Below, piece by piece: positions 60,756-64,000 of a DNA stretch of 64,000 nucleotides. The stretch is taken from assembly GCA_963701075.1 (NCBI GenBank), contig OY969559.1, positions 160,001 to 224,000 of the forward strand, read 5' to 3'. The translations under genes were made by a program, and so were the position numbers. The notes under the pieces were generated by a model. The model made no database searches, was not told the DNA's origin, and saw only the letters and a program-made list of their open reading frames with translations. This DNA is from an uncultured Nitrososphaerota archaeon. Lineage in GTDB: Archaea; Thermoproteota; Nitrososphaeria; Nitrososphaerales; Nitrosopumilaceae. How positions within the stretch are numbered: position 1 is the stretch's first letter; every line of letters starts with the position of its first letter.

Positions 60756-62228
60756 TTAAAACTTGAAGTAAATGAATTGTTCTGGATTTCCATCATAGAA
60801 GAAGAGAATTAAAAGCATTATTCCTACCAAGAAAAACATCCAGTAATGAAGTTTGTAGTTGGATATTCTTTCAGTTAGATTTCCTTTTTTATATGATATA
60901 AAATGTAAAATCAGAAATACTGACAATACAGCTATTGGGAATTTATTTAATGTGATAAATTGCATTGTTTCCGAAATGTGGAAGTCCAATAGAAGATATT
61001 TTCCCATAGCATATGTCATGTAGTTAAAATTTCCAACTCTAAACGCAATCCATGCGAGGAAGACAAAATATTGTGTTATCAATATGGAAATTATAATTCC
61101 AATCTTTGTTTGGAAAAATGAATGATTCCTAAGACTAGGAAACCTGTTTGACACGAACTTGTGAATTGCAAGATATGACCCATGTAATAGGCCCCAGATC
61201 ACGAAATTCCAGGCAACTCCATGCCATAGACCACCCAAGAACATAACTGCGATTAAATTGAGATATGTTCTTGCTTTTGATTTCTTATTTCCGCCTAAAG
61301 GTATGTAGAGATAGTCTCTAAGCCAAGATGACAATGAAATGTGCCATCTTCTCCAAAAATCTGATGGGGATATAGCAAAGTATGGTTTGTTAAAATTAAT
61401 TGGTATCTTAAAGCCCATTATTAAAGAAGCTCCGATTGCAATGTCAGTATAACCTGAAAAGTCAGAATAAATTTGAATTCCAAAGGCTATCGTACCCAAA
61501 ATAATTGTAAATGAATCATGACCCACGGGGTTTCTAAAAATGTCGTTTACCATCGGTGCTATGTTATCTGCAAAAAACATTTTCTTGAAAAAACCCATGG
61601 CCATTATTGTAATTCCCAACTTGAGGTTGGTTTTTTCTATTAAGATCTGTCGAAGTTTTGTTCCTGATTGGTAATTTTCCATTTTCTCTCTTAGTTGAGG
61701 CAAAAAGTCTTTTGCCCTTAAAATAGGGCCTGCAACTAATTGTGGAAAAAATGAAACAAAGATGGCATATTCTCTAAAGGACTTGACAGGTTCTAGTTGA
61801 CCTCGAAAAATCCCAACGGTATATGTTATTGAATGAAATGTGTAAAAGGATATGCCAATAGGTAGTGCCAGATTCAGAAGTGGAATTTGAGTCTCCAAGT
61901 TAAGGTGTTGCCCCAAAATATTGAATTGGGTTACAGCAAAATCATAGTACTTGAAGAAGCCTAAAAGACCTAGATTACCAGCCAGGCTAAGAACCAGCCA
62001 GATCTTCTTTTTTCTTGTACTATCAGCTTTCCAAATTGCCTTGCCAAAATAAAAGTCCCAAATTGTAGTAAATATTAAAAGTGTGATCAAATAATTACTA
62101 GAATAATAAAAAAAGAAATAACTTGCAATTAAAATAAAAGTATGTTGGAATTGTCTGTTCTTTATCATTACAAGAACGCTTAATACCGTTATGAAAAAAA
62201 TTATGAAATCGATTGTATTGAAAAGCAT
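60756..62228 (-). CDS. MBOAT O-acyltransferase (AlgI/DltB-like)
   Basis: LPIGISFYTF, FFPQLVAGPI, FWRRWHISLS.W.RDY.YIPLGG, GLWHG. Confidence 0.93.
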   Translation of the reverse strand: MLFNTIDFIIFFITVLSVLVMIKNRQFQHTFILIASYFFFYYSSNYLITLLIFTTIWDFYFGKAIWKADSTRKKKIWLVLSLAGNLGLLGFFKYYDFAVTQFNILGQHLNLETQIPLLNLALPIGISFYTFHSITYTVGIFRGQLEPVKSFREYAIFVSFFPQLVAGPILRAKDFLPQLREKMENYQSGTKLRQILIEKTNLKLGITIMAMGFFKKMFFADNIAPMVNDIFRNPVGHDSFTIILGTIAFGIQIYSDFSGYTDIAIGASLIMGFKIPINFNKPYFAISPSDFWRRWHISLSSWLRDYLYIPLGGNKKSKARTYLNLIAVMFLGGLWHGVAWNFVIWGLLHGSYLAIHKFVSNRFPSLRNHSFFQTKIGIIISILITQYFVFLAWIAFRVGNFNYMTYAMGKYLLLDFHISETMQFITLNKFPIAVLSVFLILHFISYKKGNLTERISNYKLHYWMFFLVGIMLLILFFYDGNPEQFIYFKF

Positions 62229-63301
62229 TATGGATACGTCTCGGCTTCAATCATTTTAGTGACATCTTTACAGTACATTGTATCATTATCATTGAATGCT
62301 ATGTGGTTAAGATCATGCCAGACATTCAGATTTTCATACTTGTCAAAGAGTGAATAAAATTCTATATCATGATTGTCGGCTAATCTGTTCACGATGACAT
62401 CAAAAGACTTTCTATATTGCGCTGGCATGGCATCCAAATAAATCTCGTTTTGCGGCGTGGTAAACACAATTACTTTTATGTTGTTTTGATGTAATTTTGT
62501 AATAATCTCCTCTAATGCGATAAAGTTCTCATTTTTGTCTGGCGGCGGAATTTCCCTAAATTGTGATGCAACTTGGTTAAACTGGACTTGATTTATGGAT
62601 GCTTCCTGATTCTCTAGTTCATTCTTACTTGCAGTGATCGTATCGCCTTTTCCAATTGAAAAGAACGGAGAGTTTGGATAATGCGGGCCTTGGAGTTTTT
62701 CTTCCAAATTATGAGTTAAAAAAATATCTTGTATTGAACTTAGGGTTAATATTTTCGGTGATTGTAGAAAATCCAGATCATACTGAAGTGGAGACATCAA
62801 TTCTGAAAAAATTCCTGCAAAGAATTCATGTGGATCAGGCAGTATGCTTGTTGGCGTGTTTAGTGAAGAATCTGTGGCTGGATTAAGACTTACAAAATCT
62901 CTGTCTGCTACACCGTAGATCACTATTGTTGGATGTTCTGAAATAATCATGTTTATCGTATCTAGTCTTTCTATTGGATGATCGCTGCCTACAGCTAGAT
63001 TGTAAATCGTATAATTTTGATTTGCCTCTAGCAGATATTCCTGAATTGTAGTGGTATTTAATGGCATTACATGACTAGAACCTAGTATGAAAATTTTTTT
63101 TTCAGCAGTACTAATTTTTTCAGAGTAAAAATTCTTTTCCATTAAATAAGTATCAGGATCTGTTATTATCAGATGACCGTCTACTGTTTTGTATTGGATA
63201 CTAAAAAGTACAATAAAAAATATCGAAAAAGCAATCACAAATGCAGAAAATGTCGCAAGAATTATTTTTTTATTCTTAACTTGTTCTGAGGGCAAATACA
63301 T
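62228..63301 (-). CDS. Membrane-anchored SGNH-hydrolase-like protein (AlgJ/DltD-like partner)
   Basis: N-terminal TM, GSS nucleophile motif, D.NH motif; 1-nt overlap with MBOAT gene. Confidence 0.7.
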   Translation of the reverse strand: MYLPSEQVKNKKIILATFSAFVIAFSIFFIVLFSIQYKTVDGHLIITDPDTYLMEKNFYSEKISTAEKKIFILGSSHVMPLNTTTIQEYLLEANQNYTIYNLAVGSDHPIERLDTINMIISEHPTIVIYGVADRDFVSLNPATDSSLNTPTSILPDPHEFFAGIFSELMSPLQYDLDFLQSPKILTLSSIQDIFLTHNLEEKLQGPHYPNSPFFSIGKGDTITASKNELENQEASINQVQFNQVASQFREIPPPDKNENFIALEEIITKLHQNNIKVIVFTTPQNEIYLDAMPAQYRKSFDVIVNRLADNHDIEFYSLFDKYENLNVWHDLNHIAFNDNDTMYCKDVTKMIEAETYP

Positions 63302-63515
63302 GAGTGAATTTTCATAATCTGCTACTCTTCAAATAGTTTTTCGTTAATGTAGTTTTTATCACCTATTCCTAAGATGTAAGTGTAGCCTCAATAGATAAGA
63401 CATCTTGGCATCTAAAAAGGCTGGAATTTCAACAATCAAAATGGAAACAGACGGTAGCTTGCTAGAGATTGTAAATAAAATCGTAGATCGTTCCTAAAGT
63501 GTGGGAATGATTTTC

Positions 63516-64000
63516 TTATGTTAATTTTTTCTTTATAAAATCTATAGAATTGGTGGGAGTTGGATCCGTTCTTTTTAATATGGCATGATATATGCTGGCA
63601 TAATCTAAGAGATACACCAGATTGATTATCTTTGAAAATATGCTTCCAGAAACAGAATGTATTTCTTTATAGTCAATATGGTTAATATCAAAATAACACT
63701 TGATTACTCTCCACAGGTTCTTGGTCTTTACATAATCATCTTTTCCCTGTATCAATATTGGTTGCACATTAGATGGTCTCTCCCACGAAACTATTCCATT
63801 ATGGCACGCTTCTATAACGTCTTCGGCAAATGCATGCATCTTGGAATTTTCCTGCAAAGAGTTTTTAAATCTAATAGCTACGGCCTGCAACCCGGCCGGA
63901 TAGTAAATCAAAGGTATTTCAGACAACCACAAGGCAAGCTCAATTGATGGGTTGGTTTTGTTCAGGTTGGATGAGGATATCTGTCTATGAGTTTTCTTTA
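63516..64000 (-). CDS. Bifunctional phosphoglucose/phosphomannose isomerase-like SIS protein, 3' part
   Basis: RFKN.L.EN.K, EACHN, DP.P...IDF.K; frame open to window end. Confidence 0.82.
   Translation of the reverse strand, partial: KKTHRQISSSNLNKTNPSIELALWLSEIPLIYYPAGLQAVAIRFKNSLQENSKMHAFAEDVIEACHNGIVSWERPSNVQPILIQGKDDYVKTKNLWRVIKCYFDINHIDYKEIHSVSGSIFSKIINLVYLLDYASIYHAILKRTDPTPTNSIDFIKKKLT

Noticed and set aside
7-63947. Many 60-170 aa ORFs antisense to or overlapping recognised genes (e.g. 7..494, 3296..4503, 22093..22596, 32106..32495)
   Set aside because: Shadow frames of well-supported CDSs with no motifs
1-64000. tRNA, rRNA, integrase or provirus genes
   Set aside because: None recognisable by eye; tRNAscan-SE and Infernal would be needed to exclude small RNAs

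Overview
Archaeal DNA, most likely Nitrososphaerota (Thaumarchaeota; inferred from a PEFG-CTERM protein and protein families typical of that group). About 7.4-63 kb is a large surface-glycan island: dTDP-rhamnose (rfbABCD), GDP-fucose (gmd/fcl), galU/ugd, a nonulosonic-acid-type pathway, a Wzm/Wzt ABC exporter, a flippase, two sulfotransferases plus cysC, many glycosyl- and methyltransferases, DUF4214-like repeat proteins and an MBOAT/SGNH O-acylation pair. The left 14 kb holds about eight toxin-antitoxin-like modules interleaved between ordinary genes. Main observations: (1) an intact TnpB with no transposase, bounded by perfect terminal inverted repeats and a target-site duplication, inserted into a wHTH gene; (2) two displaced copies of the rfbD 5' end separating TA cassettes, suggesting serial integration at the rfbD start; (3) a sulfotransferase with a 21-aa tandem-repeat coiled coil next to Wzm/Wzt, resembling a WbdD-type molecular ruler; (4) all five otherwise intact frameshifted genes break at or next to AGCT, pointing to base-modification-driven sequencing errors rather than pseudogenes; (5) a perfect 51-bp direct repeat around a 1.4-kb insert; (6) two inverted copies of an internally deleted IS3-like element. 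No rRNA, tRNA or CRISPR array was seen. Family calls come from motif recognition, not database searches.
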